The notes beneath the pieces are model-generated. The model searched no databases. It was not told where the DNA came from and saw only the letters and a program-made list of their open reading frames with translations. A stretch of DNA of 64,000 bases, taken from NCBI RefSeq assembly GCF_009914755.1, contig NC_060937.1, one strand, 5' to 3'. Positions within the stretch are counted from its first letter, which is position 1. Each line of letters starts with the position of its first letter. Source of the DNA: the human T2T-CHM13v2.0 reference genome, Homo sapiens. Of this stretch, positions 14,030 through 28,845 are shown piece after piece. The position numbers were made by a program, and so were the translations under genes.

Positions 14030-14310
14030 ACTGATTTATTAATTGAAATATGAAATATGATATGCACATGCGAAAGACACAGATCTTGAGCATATAGCAT
14101 TAAACATTTTTAGAATGTAAAATACTAATGTCATCACAACCTACATGAATATGAATTGAGTATTACTAGAATCCAGGAGTCTCTGTTGTGAACCTCCAAT
14201 CATTACTATAGGCAACCACTGTTCTTACTTTTATCTTTATAAATTACATTTGCTTGACATTGAACTTCATAGAAATTGAACCATACTATAGATATTAATT
14301 TCAATCTGGT
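14030..14310 (-). mobile_element. L1ME-like 3' end fragment
   Basis: ggcaaccactgttcttactttt and ttgaacttcatagaaattgaaccatac, typical antisense L1M 3' UTR. Confidence 0.6.
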
Positions 14311-14339
14311 TCAAAAAAACGCAACCGACAGCATGGGTG

Positions 14340-14690
14340 TCAGTGTGATATTCTGGGCTGCTTCTCAGCTGAATCAATGGTGCTGACAGCTGCAATAGCA
14401 ACAGAAGTGTCTTCAGAAGTTTTACTGAGAGTTTGGAGTCCAGAGTTTCTGCCTAACAGCAGCTGCACTCAAATAGGGCCAATGGTCAGTCTGGAATCAT
14501 GGGACCCAGAATGCACCACCTTCCCCTACTCATTTTCCACAGTTAAGGATGGAAGTGGCTTCCTTCATTTGCTCATCATCTGGAGTAGCAGGCCCCTTTT
14601 GCTCCTTCAGTGTTTCTAACATTGTTGTAACCACGCCCCCAACCCCTGTATTGTATTGTCTATGCTTTAAAAACTATTTTGTGGACTTGA
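14340..14690 (+). mobile_element. Probable ancient ERVL LTR fragment (LTR33/41/50-like)
   Basis: GC-richer block with ggaagtggcttcc, cccctttgctcctt and ttgtaacc...ccctgtatt, resembling ERVL LTR 3' halves; family uncertain. Confidence 0.35.
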
Positions 14691-14798
14691 ATAAAATTTA
14701 TTTTCCCATTCCCGATATAAAATAATTGGGTCATTCTTTACTCATGTATCAATTCAAATTTCTAAGACTCTATTTATCTCTTCTCCTCAATAATGTTT

Positions 14799-15101
14799 CT
14801 TTTTTCTTTTGCTTTTTTTTAGACAGGGTCTTGTGCTCTCACCCAGGCTGGAGTGCAGTGGCTGGAACACAGCTCACTACAGCCTTGACCTCTTGAATTC
14901 AAGTGATCCTCACACTTCAGCCTCCAGAGTAGCTTTGATGACAGGTGTGTGCCACTAGGCCCAGCTACTTTTCTTTACTTTTTGTAGAGACATGGTCTTG
15001 CCATATTACCCAGGCTAGTCTCAGATCCCTGGGCTCAAGTATCCTCCTGCCTCCACCTCCCAAAGTGCTGGGATTATAGGCGTAAACCACCATGCCCAGC
15101 T
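14799..15101 (-). mobile_element. AluJ
   Basis: Full dimer with J-type features (agacagggtcttg, cagctcactacagcc, gggctcaag); aatgttt flanks both ends as probable TSD. Confidence 0.92.
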
Positions 15102-15129
15102 AATGTTTTCTATTTACCATAGCTTTTCG

Positions 15130-15200
15130 CATATATATGTTATTATATATGTTATATATATATATATAATATAGTATGGATGTGTATATACTATATTATT
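15130..15200. repeat. (TA)n low-complexity tract
   Basis: atatatatgttattatatatgttatatatatatatataat. Confidence 0.8.
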
Positions 15201-15687
15201 AACAATTAGATCTAAAATATAGAAAGAATTTTAATACCTTTATTTTCTGTACCTTCATAGTTAATCTCATATTTTCCAAATCTGTTAATGTGGCACTGGT
15301 CAGAGTTATAGCTCCAAAGAATGAGCATCTGCTTAGTCTCATAACCAGGACCCAACCTGCAACATTAGTGTTACAAATTAATTCCTAATTCCAGTCTCAC
15401 TCTTTCATCACCAGTTCTATCTCTGAACACTTACTAATCCCAATTATTTTAAAGCAAGTTGCTTAACCTGCTGTGGCAGTTTTCCCCTCTCCTTCAACTT
15501 TCTCTCTCTTTTTTTTTCTCCTAATAATACCTGCCAAGTAAGAATCCCTTTCATTACATACATCAAATAGCCACTTATTCCAACAATTTTATTCAACCTA
15601 AGTATTCAACCTAAGGGCTTAGATTCATGGTCTGTCCTTACAATGCCGTTCCATCTTTTTAAAGCTAATTGCAATGCACCTAGTCAT

Positions 15688-16293
15688 TTTTATTGCACAC
15701 TATGTATGATAGCCAAGATACAGAATAAGCCTAAGTGTCTGGCAACAGATGAATGCATAAAGAAAATGCACTATCTGTATACAATGAAGTACTCTGTAGC
15801 CATAAAAAATAAAATCTTGCCATTTATGACAATATGGATGAATCTAGAGGACATCGTGGTAAGTGAAATAAGCCAGACACAGAAAGACAAGTACAGCATG
15901 ATCTCTCTCATAAGTGGAGTCTAAAAAAAAAAGAAAATACAAACATTTAAAAAAGTTAATAGCATAGAAGCAGAGAGTAGAAAAATGTTACCAGAGACTA
16001 AAGAAGGATGAGGAAACTTTGATTGATGGTATAAAATTACAACTAGATAAGAGCAATAAATTCTGGTGTTCTGTTGCATGTAGAGCAAGTATGGTTAACA
16101 GTGAAATATCGTATATTACAAAATAGCTTGAAGAGTTGTCTTCGAATGTTCTCACCACAAAGAAATGATAAATATGTAAGATAATAGATTCACTCTGAAT
16201 GGATCATTATACAACATGGATAGGTATCCAGGTATCAAATTGTACCCCATGAATATGTACAATTATTACATGTCAATTAATAAATAAATAATA
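15688..16293 (+). mobile_element. L1MA-type 3' end (ORF2 C-terminus plus 3' UTR and A-rich tail)
   Basis: ORF 15643-15924 translates to ORF2 C-terminus (KPKC...DECIKKM...MNLEDIVVSEISQTQKDKYSMISL); 3' UTR ttctcaccacaaagaaatgataaat and ttgtaccccatgaatatgtacaatta. Confidence 0.9.
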
Positions 16294-17988
16294 AGACCAC
16301 TAGATTTAATCAAGAGACTCTTATTGACTTGTTCTCATTTTAGAGTTTTAAAACTAGTCTGCCCTATTGCAAACTACCTATTTTTAAAACTACTCTTCTC
16401 CTGCACAAAAATCTCTCAATGTCTCCTTTCTCCTGAAAGAAAAATGACCTATTTAATTTACAAATATTTCAAAAATTAGTACACAACATTTTATATATGA
16501 AAATAATGCTGTAGACTGACTTGCAAATAACATTCTAAGATTCCCATTACCTTTAAGAGGAGTCAGCTGTCATTTTGGAAAAATTAAGATTTCAACAATT
16601 TTACACATATTATGAAAATATTTTTGATAATGAAAAATGCTCAATCTTAAATAGTGTAAATAAGTAAATAGAGAGGTAAAATAAAGAGCTTAATGTTTAT
16701 GTGATATTGAGAAAAAATCTTTTTTAAAAATAAAATACAGATTAAAATACAACTTTGTGCTTTAACTGAAGGGTGTCCCTACTCCCTGATGCATTTGAGA
16801 CTGTCACAAACCTGAACCCATTTGGACAATACATCAAATAATCATTTTGCATCATTTCACTATTGGGGAAATGATAACTTCTTACATTAAATGAAAAAAA
16901 CTGAAAAAGTAGTATTACTTTGTCTTTTAAGTGGCGAGATAGGGTTGATATGATGCTGAAGTACAAACAGTAAGGACTAAGTGAGGATGGAGGATATATG
17001 AATAAATGTATCAAAAGTCAAGAGAAATGATAAAACAGACAATTCTGGGGAACAGTAGTAGAAGCTATGCATGGAATATGGTTAGACAGACAGTGATATT
17101 TACTTTTGAGTTTTGCTTATATATTTCTAACATTTCTTGATAGGACTGGCATTCTAACAGTTATTCTTATTGTTATAAATTCTTTTAAAAATACTTTTTC
17201 TCCAAACATCTCAGTTCAAATTATAGAGTTAAAGGAAACTACAGTCATAAAATAAAATATTAATTATTTCAAAAGAAAAAGAGAAAAATTTGTACACTTA
17301 ATTTAAAATTGTTTTCAGTCTTATTTTTGCAAGCAATTTACCAATAGATTTGTAATGCACAGTAATGTTGAATGGGTATTGAAGCTATTGAAATACAGAA
17401 GTAAGTCAGTTTTTCATTATGCTGTGAGTGATGTCCTGAAACACATTAACTTGGTATTTTATCTATTGTTTAATATCATTCCCCATGAATTACATATAAT
17501 GGTAATAGATTAATATCTTTGGAAGTACTGTAATAATTATATAATTCAGCCAGGAATTACCTTGTTCATTTGCTAACATTGTTATATTCTTTCAAAAGCA
17601 AACAGCAAAAATAATTTTCAACTGACATACATATGCAATACTTACTCTTCAACTATCTCAAAATGCCCAGATTTTCTCAATAACTCTCCTATTGATTTAA
17701 TTATAGGCATTAGAAATGAGTATTCTAGTACAAGAATAAATAGTGTTGTCTCTCCTTCATCCCCCAGTACTCCTAAATATTTACTAAAAATCTCAATGCT
17801 AATCAATAGTGGAACTATTTGGTGCCTAATGATGGCATTCCATTCCTTCCTTGAAGTCCAACACACAGAGTAATAGAAATCTCATGAACGTGATTGTGTG
17901 AGGTTGCTCATAATACTTGGATCTATAGAGAGAATCACTTAACAGACATTAGTTGAATCAGAAACTACTTCTCATTTCATTGAGTTCT

Positions 17989-18888
17989 ATGTAGTCCTCA
18001 ACCTTTGTGGCACCAGGGACTGGTTTTGTGGAAGACAATATTTCCACGGACAGGGGAGCAGACGATGGTTTCAGGATTGTAATGGTTAATAATAGGTGTC
18101 AACTTAATTGGATTGAAGGATGCCTAGATAATTGGTAAAGAATAGTTTCTGGGTGTGTCAGTGAGGGTGTTGCTGGAGGAGATTAACATTTGAGTCGGAC
18201 TGGTAGAGGAAGACCCATCCTCAATGTGGGTGGACACCATCCAATTGACTGTCAGCTTGGCTAGAACAAAGCTGGTGGAAGAAGGTGGGATAAGCTGACT
18301 TAACGAGTCTTCTGGCTTTCATCATTGCACTGTGCTGGATGCTTCCTGCCCTTGGACATCAGACTCCAGGTTCTTTAGGCTTTGAACACTTGAACTTACA
18401 GCAGTGGTTTTCCAGGGGCTTTCAGGTCCTTGGCCACAGACTAAATGTTGCACTGCCAGCTTTCCTACTTTTGAGGCTTTTGTAGTTGAACTAAGCCTTT
18501 GTTGGCTTCCTTGCCCCTCAGCTTGCAGACAGCCTATCATGGGACTTCACCTTGTGATAGTATAGTCAATTCTCATTAATAAACTCCTTTTCATATATAC
18601 ATATATCTTATAAGTTCTGTCCCTCTAGAGAACCCTGACTAATACAGGGATGAAACTGTTCCACCTCAGATCATTTGGCATTAGATTCTCATGAGGTATG
18701 CACAACCTAGATCCCTTGCATGCTCAGTTCATAATAGGGTTCACATTCCTATAAGGATCTAATGCTGTAGCTGATTCGACAGGAGGAAGAGCTCAGGTGG
18801 TAATGCTCACTCACCTGCCGCTCACCTCCTGCTGTATGATCTGATTCCTAACAAGCCATAGCTCATTACCAAGGGTTGAGGACCACTG
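17989..18888 (+). mobile_element. MER1B (hAT-Charlie) DNA transposon split by MLT2A
   Basis: gtcctcaacctttgtggcaccagggactgg...ggtttcaggat, resuming gaaactgttccacctcagatcat...gggttgaggaccactg; degenerate terminal inverted repeats. Confidence 0.9.
18078..18646 (+). mobile_element. MLT2A (HERV-L LTR, A2-like) solo LTR
   Basis: tgtaatggttaataataggtgtcaact ... ttctgtccctctagagaaccctgactaataca; 5-bp TSD aggat/gggat. Confidence 0.92.
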
Positions 18889-19341
18889 TGTTAAAAGATA
18901 AACTAAGGCACAATAAAATTTTAAATATGTTATTTAAACAATGATTTATGACTCAGGCAGCTCCAAACCATAAAAGTGGCTTAAGAGCGCCACTGACGGA
19001 GCACAGGCGGAGGCTTTTAGAAGACAGGCACAGAAGAAAACTAAAGATAATATTTGACTATTTATAGTTGTACAGTTATTTGTACCTTATTTGGTACCAA
19101 AGTTGTACGTTATTAGGTCTATCCCACTGGAAAGTCTTCAGTTATATGATTATGTGTGTTGGCTACTTCTGATTGGTTGAACTTAAGTTCTGTTTTTCTT
19201 TAATATAGAAATTGATAAGAATGGCTCAAGTTTCCCTTATATCTGTAGATCAAACAAGGTTTAGATCACTTATGATGCCTAACTGGTTTTGTCTGCTCAG
19301 AAATTCTTCAGGCCTGGACTCCATTTTAATTTACTTTAATG
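18889..19341 (-). mobile_element. LTR54/MER57-group ERV1 solo LTR
   Basis: Reverse strand reads ttaaagtaaattaaaatggagtccaggcctgaagaatttctgagcagacaaaacc ... aaaaacagaacttaagttcaaccaatcagaag. Confidence 0.72.
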
Positions 19342-19728
19342 ATTGTTACTTTAAATTTGGATTAAACAGTGGATTCATATGTACTGAGTGAAAAAAATGG
19401 AAATAGATGTTATAAAATTTATTTGAAATCATTCAGCCAGGATGTTTTAAACAGCATAAATTAGCAGAATTACCAAAAACACATTTTGAAAAAACCTTGA
19501 AGCAATTTTAATGTATTGCAAAATGTGAAGACTAGTAGGACAAAAACTTAAAGGTTGAGTTTGAGATATGATGCAGGGTTTTTTGCTCCTTAGCCCAGCT
19601 AGGCCTAAGTTCTGAAGAAGTAGGCACATGGACACTCAAAGAGTAAGTGTAGTAGAATTTATTTAGTGAAAGGAAAGCTCTCAGCAAAGAGAGGGGTCCT
19701 GACATCAAGTTCTTGGTTGCCCCCTTAA

Positions 19729-20036
<308 letters not shown>

Positions 20037-20414
20037 ACAAGGACATTTTTATACAAGCTGATAGGGCTGTGAATTCCTGGTTGTATGAGAAGTGAATTCC
20101 TGGTTGCTCCACTCCATCTTTCCAGTGAGTTATGTGGGCCCTTAGTCTGTGCCACTCCATATTGATTTATTTTCCTTAATGCACATATGTTAAGGAACGA
20201 AATTTTCCACTATGGGCATGTTTAGGCAAGCTCCCTTAGCAAGTACCCTTATCCGCACAAAATATTTGGTATAAACACCTGGGGGTGGGTAGGAGGTTCT
20301 CCAGGGGACCCTTTCCTGACTGTCTCCCTAAAGCAAGTTGGCTGACTCCTTTCATTCCTCCCTTCAGGAGTGGAGACCCCAAATTCTGTTGGGGAAAGTG
20401 TACAACGACTGCTC

Positions 20415-20570
20415 TTAACTGCTTCCTGCTGACAAGGGGTGCTGTTTTGGGAAAGTGGCAGTTAAGGCTCCTCCTGAGGTCAGTTTAAGGGTCCCCAAAG
20501 AGAACAGTGTGTTCATGAGTGGTTCTGTTTGCATCACCATTTGAAGTTGAATGGCCTTTAAGAAAAAATT
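20415..20570 (-). pseudogene. Remnant of the retroviral env TM cytoplasmic tail
   Basis: ORF 20415-20708 contains KAIQLQMVMQTEP, resembling the class I ERV env end (AIKLQMV..MEP) just upstream of the PPT. Confidence 0.6.
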
Positions 20571-23099
20571 TGGGTTATTAGAAGACATATTCAGAATGAA
20601 ACAAAGGGATAAGGACAGCTCAAAACAAAACAAAACAAAAATCTCAAGGCTGCCAATACAGCCAGATAACTCGTGGCTATAGTTATGCCTGCTAAGGTTT
20701 GTATTCATGGGGCTTGGCTTTGATTAGCTCCCTTGGTCTTATTTTCCCAAACAAAGAAATCTCTGGGTTATGGGCACCTATTTACTCCGATCACCTGGAA
20801 GGATTTGCAGGATAATTGTTCAGAATTAAAATATTGATCCAGATTTTTTATATTACTCATCCCTTTGGTTCTTTTGAGCTGCAGCTGTACATTGCTGGTT
20901 GGTCCACAGGAATAAGCAGGGTAGTCTAAAATGTAGACAAAAACTTAAAAACAACTAATGGGATTATAATGTAATGACAAATGTAGAGTAAGTTTTGAAA
21001 CATAATTTCTCTCTCTCCAGTCCTCATTTTTGCCAAAAACAAATCATGATAGGACTCAGTTGTTTGAAAAACAAACTTTAGCCTTATACTTGTCTTATTT
21101 GCATAAAGTGCAAAAAGAATAATTATTTTTCCCATAGGCTTTTAAATTGGCTTTGATGGAACTCTGTTCCATAAGGAATCTCAGTTAAGACCTTTTAAGG
21201 CCAAGCCCAGTCATGGGTTTCCACCCTCAAATATCTACGAGTTTGGTAAATCATTCTCTTCTTGATGTCTCAAGAACAAGCTTTTTAACAGGCCCAGGAG
21301 CTTTTTAACAGGCTCCTAGGCCTGTTAAAAAGTGACATGCTTTACTTCCCACGGGTTAGGAACCTTGTACAAGGACTGTGTTGACAAGGTATGTAGCCAG
21401 TTTTCCCAAGAGACTTTTATTGGCAAGTCCAGCTTAATTACTTAAAGGAACATATACCCTTCCAGTAAAAGCCTTGGTAAAACCACCAGTTTCTTCAATT
21501 GTGTCCTGTTGCAAAAGAAAATGTATTCTTATTGCACTGATGAAAATAACTGTATTGCCATAAATTAAATATTCTCACAAATAGTTTCCAAATTCTGGCA
21601 AAGCCAGGCAGAGAGAAACAAACGTCCTTCAAATTTTGTTCACAGGAGTATAGTTTACTCAATTATTAAAGGCTTTAAATAATTCAAAATAAGTATCCTT
21701 GACTCAGAAAAACAAAGCAAGGAAAGTTTTAAGCAAAAAGGTTAAAAATAATACTTGTTTTCTATTAGTTCAATCCATTCTGTTCTCTTGTTCTGCTAGA
21801 TATTCATGAACATTTCAGTTCTTCATGAGTACTGTATTTTTTTCAATGTCATAATCTCCAGAGTTAATGGAATCTTGCATTTGAGAACACTTGTCAAAAT
21901 CCTATAGCTGATTATAAATCATCTTTTGAGTAGGATCAAAACAAGACATTTGTCTGTGAATGATGAAATGTCTAAGGTAGTTACTGTCAAGAATACAAAT
22001 GACAAAGAAATTTAGTCATTTCTAGGGTTTACAATAACTAAACATAATAATCTTAATTATGATTGATAGCATATACTCAGACATTAGAATTTTAGAAATC
22101 TCATATAATTTTGAAACATATTAATATTATTCACTAAAATATAACCTAAAGCAGATTAAATATAACTTTGGAAATACCATATAACTAAACATTTCAAAAA
22201 AACCAGTTTTCTTCTCTTTTGGATGTTCCAGGGACCAGGAAAGACAATTTTGAAACTGAAGTTTGATTTTGGGAAGCCTGTTAAATATGTTAGAGGTTCA
22301 AAGCACTTGATATTATAAAATAGAATTCCAAGTTACCATATGTCATTTATTTTAGCCAAAATGATGACTCAAACATTTTAAAACAACGCAAAAGCATATT
22401 CACAGGTAGAGGGAAAACTTAGCTTTCCAAATGATCTGTCATTAATTTTACAGGGAAATCCTGTTCAAGTGAAAGCCTAATTTCATCCTTGCATTAGTCT
22501 ACTGTTGATGTCAACCCCAATTTTTTTAATGAAAACTTATAGATAATTATATCTAATCTTATCTAGTTTGACCATGAGGTGAGATTTTTTTAAACTTTTA
22601 TAACCCTTTACAAATTGTTGTTAAAGAGCAGATCAGTGCCTTTAGAAAAGCTTGTTGTGCTTTTATTTCAATGCTCAATTTACAAAAACAAAATACTTTT
22701 TTGAAATTAGTCAATATGTTCACACAATTTCTTTTGCAAGATTAATTTTTACAAACTTTTCACCATTTGTTTAAACCCTCAGCTTTATCTTATCTAATTC
22801 AAAACAATCCTTTAACCCAAGGCAAAAATTTACATTTTCATGCTTTCTTATAATCTTTTACTAAAAACATATTTTACTTTCCTTACTTACCTTATATATA
22901 AATCTATTTTCATTGTCTCGATTACAGGTTATTATGGTAACTCTTAGCAATTTTTAACTTTAATGTACAACCTGGCAAGTTGCTTTAATTATGTAGTAGT
23001 AGGCATAAATAAAATCTGATTCCTTCCTGCATAATTAAGGGTGTGGTTAATTCCATATGTCCCTGGACTTATTAATTGTGAAGCAGGCAAATTGAATAG

Positions 23100-23465
23100 T
23101 GTATTAGTCAATTTTCATGCTGCTGATAAAGACAATCTTGAGACTGGGCAATTTACAAAAGAAAGAGGTTTAATTGGACTTACAGTTCCACATGGCTGAG
23201 GAGGCCTCACAATCATGGCAGAAGGTAAGGGGGAGCAAGTGACATCTTATGTGGATGGTGGCAAACCAAAAAAGAGAGCTTGTGCAGAGAAACTCTCATT
23301 TTTAAAACCATCAGATCCATGAAACCCATTACTATCATGAGAACAGCATAAAAAGACCCACCCTCATGATTCAATCATCTCCCACTGGGTCCCTGCCACA
23401 ACACATGGAAATTACAGGAGCTACAAGATGAGATTTGGGTGGGGACACAGAGCCAAACTTTATCA
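23100..23465 (-). mobile_element. THE1A/B solo LTR inside the ERV1 internal region
   Basis: tgtattagtcaattttcatgctgctgataaagac ... gggacacagagccaaactttatca; perfect TSD AATAG at 23095-23099 and 23466-23470. Confidence 0.93.
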
Positions 23466-24784
23466 AATAGTTCTTAAAAGCCAAAGAAGCAGTTAATAAC
23501 TTTGAAGCATTTAGCTAACCTAGTATCTGACCTACATGATTCAGCCCACATATTTACATTTTAAAGACATTTGTATTTTACCAATTATTTTTAAAACTGC
23601 CTTTATTTCTTAAAGATTATAGTCATGTGAACTCAAAAGGTATTACAGCTTTTATTTTTCTTCAAAAAATATTTGATCTATGTGCTTATTTTCCTAGAGC
23701 TTTTTTATATAAACATCACGCCCATAAGAAATATAAAATTACACAGATGAACAAAAGCAAATTCAGTACTTGTAAGATTTTTCATTTGCCAATCTTCTGA
23801 ATAGATTATTGGCCTCTGGGTGAAGCCCTTCAAGAGCAGGGCCTAGGACAGCATACAGTTTCTAGGGCCTAATAAACAGGCATAGCTGGAAGACAGAGAT
23901 AGATTTTGAGAAGGATCTATCCACTTTTAATTCCTGGGGTTTCATGAGGAAAACAGAGGGTGTTGTTTTCCCCAAAATGGGGTCTGCAGCACCTTCTTTG
24001 TTTTTTCCCAGGAGCCCCGGGCTATCAGAAGTTATCTTAGAGCCTCTCATGTATGCACTGAATGACAAGACAAAATGGGGAAAAAAAAATCATTCAACAG
24101 AGAAAGAACCTTTTTCCAGAAAAACAAGATCCATGCAGAGAAAAATTTAAAGGCCTTTAAATATACCTATAACTTGGATATCCACTTTTAATTCAGCTGT
24201 GCTCTAAGAAAATCGTTTCAAATCTATTATCCAGCTTTAGCCATGCCGAGCAGCCAATATTTCTGGCTTTAGAACTTTATTAAAAATAACCTCACAGGTG
24301 AAACCAACAAGCCTCAACTAAGATTATGACTTAACTGTAAGTGTAAAAGTTATTTTCAAAGAGGTGCTAAGCAGTTTTTACAGAATCTAAGATCTTTAAA
24401 GTTGGTTCAGACAAAGGAAGATTTAAGAAAGGAAGCTAGAAGTTGTTTATAGAGGGGAAGAGAATCAGCAAATGGTAAAAGTCACACAGATATTAGCCAC
24501 AATATACTCATTCCCTAAGCCAGGATTAAACCCAGGCCACCATTGTAAAATGGCAGAGGCCAAAAGAAAGTATTATCAAGTGGTTACAAGGTCAAGCTCC
24601 TAAGGACATAAAACAAGATGAAGAACTGCAGCAAGGTTTGTTACTGACCAGTTTGCCAGGCTGGCTTGATCAGCAAACTTTTGGGGTCCTAGGCCTGCAT
24701 TCTATCCTAAGGTACCCCTCTTTATGACAGAACTATACAGAAAGACACACAAAGCACACTACATTGGCTACAGCTTAAGACTAG

Positions 24785-25227
<443 letters not shown>

Positions 25228-27954
25228 CTGGTAAGAACTTTTACCCTTTTGCTGGCGTACCAGGCTTCTGAGTTGCCCTTTTTCATGCTCAGTTTTGAGC
25301 CAAGCAGTTTAAGGTTTGGGGAAATTAACTTTTCCCAGTTTAAGGGATGCATACAAAGGGAGTGTCCTGTGGTACAGCGACACAAGGACCCACCCACAAA
25401 GAGAGGACAGAGGAGGAAAAAGGAGAAAGGAGGTGTTTTTTCAGAAGAGTCCTAGTGATTCAGGAGGCAATCAAGAGAAATATGGGCTGCAGATGATTGG
25501 TTACTCACCTAAGAAGAGGGGAGCAAGGCATCCCTAGTTTCTTCTTTTTCCTAGTAAATACCTGAGGTACATGAGGGAGAGGAGAAAAGTGTCCTCTTTC
25601 TTTCTTCTATTCTTATATCCCTGAGTCCTGGTGATCTTGGCAGGTTACCACCCATGGGTGCCAATGCAGCTTTCACCTATGTTAACAGGGGGCTTACAGG
25701 GTGCGAGTTATCCACCATTACCCATGCGCTGCTTGTCCCACTGTTGTTGATAACCTTTGAGTTCTTTAGATTTCATGCATGCCATGGATACTAGAATGAC
25801 CTCTATCTACGAGATGGAAGGGAGCCTAATGGGCAGCAATGAGTCATGCTAACCTAAAGCTTTGGAGCTGGGTCTTCCTTAAACAAGGAAGAGAAAAGGC
25901 TATCTTGGGAATGGGGGTCCTGGCCTAATAAGAAAACAAAAACAAAAACAAACAAAAAACCTCTCATAAAAGTTAACTCCTTACAAAGTGGAGAAAAGAA
26001 AAATAAAATAAAATAAAACAGCTTAAGTGCAGGGTGGGGAAGATGCCCGAGGAGAAACCTTTTATTCTTATACAAATGAGTTCCTCCAATAGGGAGAGAG
26101 CATTTTAATTGCTGTCTCCTCCTTTCTGGCTCAGCCAGGGGAGGAAAGACACTGTGGGTGCGTGGGGAGAGGGAAGAGTGAGCAGGAAATGCTGGCCACC
26201 TAGCCAAGTGGGGCCCTTGGGCTATGTGCCTCAGCCGGGAGGGGAGGGAGGTTGGGAGTTGCCACTCTCCCATTTGTCTCACATGTGTACCTGTGGCCAT
26301 TGGAGGTTGGGGTAAGGGACATGTCTCTAAAAACGGAGGGAGAGCACATTGTTCTGAATTGTATAGAATTTATTAAGTTAAAGGAAAGCTCTCAGCAAAG
26401 AGAGGAGTCCTGAAAGTAGGTTCCCGGTTGCCCTCTTCACAGGTGAATACAAAGGCATTTTTATATAAGCTGATGGGGCTGAGTTCCCTATTTGTATAAG
26501 GCATGAATTCCTGTAGGCTCCACTGCATCCTTCCAGAGTGCATGCAGACCCTTAGTCTGAGACATTCCATATTGATTTATTTTTCTTACTGCCCACGTGT
26601 TAAGAAACAAAATTTTCCACTGCAGGCATGTTTAGGCAAGCCCCCGGAGCAAGTACCCTTATCTGCACAAAACATCTGGTATAAACACTTGTGGAGCAGG
26701 TAGGAGGTTCTCTGGGGGACCCTTCCCTTACTGTCTGCCTAAAGCAAGCTGGCTAACTTTTCAGAAAGAGACAGAGAAAATGAAGTAGCTACCAAAGTAT
26801 TCTAGGTCTACAAGTGATATTATTTTCAACAAGTATTCAAATGCCATTCTAGTCTAAACTAATTCATTATAAATCAGCTAATATTAAGTAAATATTTCAC
26901 AAATTAAAAACTAGTTACAAAAGGTAGAGACCTCAAAGAAAGGCAGAAATGAGGCAAATGGGAAAAAATTATGGTGACTTAAAGCCTATATATTGTGATC
27001 TGGAGAATTAGAATTTAATTTGTCTATACAAAGTAGGTCATGATCCTGATAAGTTTAGCAATTAGAGTATTTATAAAAAGTAAGAGCTAAATAATTTGTT
27101 TCAGGGATGCACTTTTATTTCAATTATCTAGACCTGAAATTATATTTTTTGAGATCATTCAGGAAGAAGAAATTACATGAGGAGAACTTTCTAATCAGTA
27201 TGCTTAGTGTAAGTATATCTGATGAGTTCATAAGTCTGTTTCATTTATTATTCTTCAGAATAGGTCTGTAGCATGACACAAACAATTTCTGATGACTTCA
27301 GCTACCTTTTTAAGGAAGGTAGACTTGCTCCATCCCCTATCTTCTATTTTGCATCTGAAAGAGGATCATACTCCTGTTTAAGTAAACTTTATTAATGTTT
27401 TTCAAAATATTTCTTCTCTTGCCAATATAAAATAATGAAATTGTAGTAAAATGAGGATTGTCTTCCTCAAGACGAGTAATTTTTCATGAACAATTTATTT
27501 AATTATTTCAATAATTATTCAAAAATGATTTCAAATTATTTCAACAATTTATCTTATGAACATTTATTTCATTATTTATTCACACCATCAAATAATATTT
27601 TACGTTAAGTCCAAATTTTTTGCATTGCTGTTCATGTCAGGTTTATAATGGAATTCATTCTCTATGACCTCCTTTTTAAGCACTGCTAAATAGATAGTAA
27701 TCTTTCTTTCTATAACAGTTGAGTTTAAATTGCTTTTCTTAATTTTCTCTGACAGAGAACATTATTTTTTATTGTTGTAAACTAGCTATAGTCTACATAT
27801 TTAATTATTTGGAATTTGATTTGTGTATATTTTTCAGTGGAAGCTAACTTCTTCCTAATGTCTCCATCTACATTTCATATTTATTCATCCATTCACATAT
27901 TCAACAAAATTTCAGAATCTGTTTTTGGGCTTTTAATACTCATCTTATTCATTT

Positions 27955-28071
27955 TACTATTTATGTATTTATTTCTTTATTTATTTAGAAACTGGTTCTC
28001 ACTTAGTTGACCATATTAGAGTGTAGTGATGCCATCATAGCTCATGGCAGCCTCAAACTCCTGGGCTCAAG
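27955..28071 (-). mobile_element. FLAM/AluJ monomer fragment
   Basis: tttatttatttagaaac ... catcatagctcatggcagcctcaaactcctgggctcaag. Confidence 0.75.
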
Positions 28072-28845
28072 TTTGTTGATTTTATTTTAAATGTCCACAC
28101 AGTGTTCTCAGTCAGAAACAGATTTCTTAATAATGTGTGTTGGCTGCTCCTTTTCCCAGTTCTTATCTTTGGACAGTATAAAGAGATCCAGATCATCCTA
28201 GTGAGAGGCTAGACTCTCTGAAAGCAAGAAATTAAGAACAATGGTTTTTTTCCTTGTCTTTGTTTTTATACTTATAATAGGATGGAAACGGCTGTTTTTC
28301 TGTCCTTCTAAGAGGATATCTTCTTTATTCCAAACTTTTGGAATGTTGTAAAATCTCTCCTGGAGCCAAATAACCCTGTGTCTCCAAGTTTTTATGACCT
28401 ATAGCTGTCTCCAAATTCTGGAACATCATATCTTTTGACGTATGAATACCAAAACCTAGTCTTCCTCTTACCCTAGGACTTAACCTAGGAACCTAGTAAT
28501 CTAAGGATTTTAAAAATTTGACCCTCTTAGGGGAGTAAAAGAAGTTTTCCTATTGTTTCAAATCAGAGAAATTAACTGGACAAAGGGCTGCAGATCTAAT
28601 TCTCTCAGTGTGTGAAGAGTCTCAAGAAGCTAGTGCTTTGAGAGAATCCATGAGAAACCCAGGGACCTTTAACATCTCCTCATTATTATTTGCATAGCAT
28701 ACTACCAGGGGAGATGGAGAATTAAAATAATAATATATTTTTAATAACTTTAAGTTCTCTTAAATCATATGGTTTTTTAAGGATTAAAAAAAATATCCTG
28801 GATATCTATGGCTATACTTAGACATATGTAATATACATATATAAC

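Noticed and set aside
28100-28700. Slightly GC-richer block that may be an old LTR or internal fragment
   Set aside because: No termini, TSD or recognisable family motif could be established.
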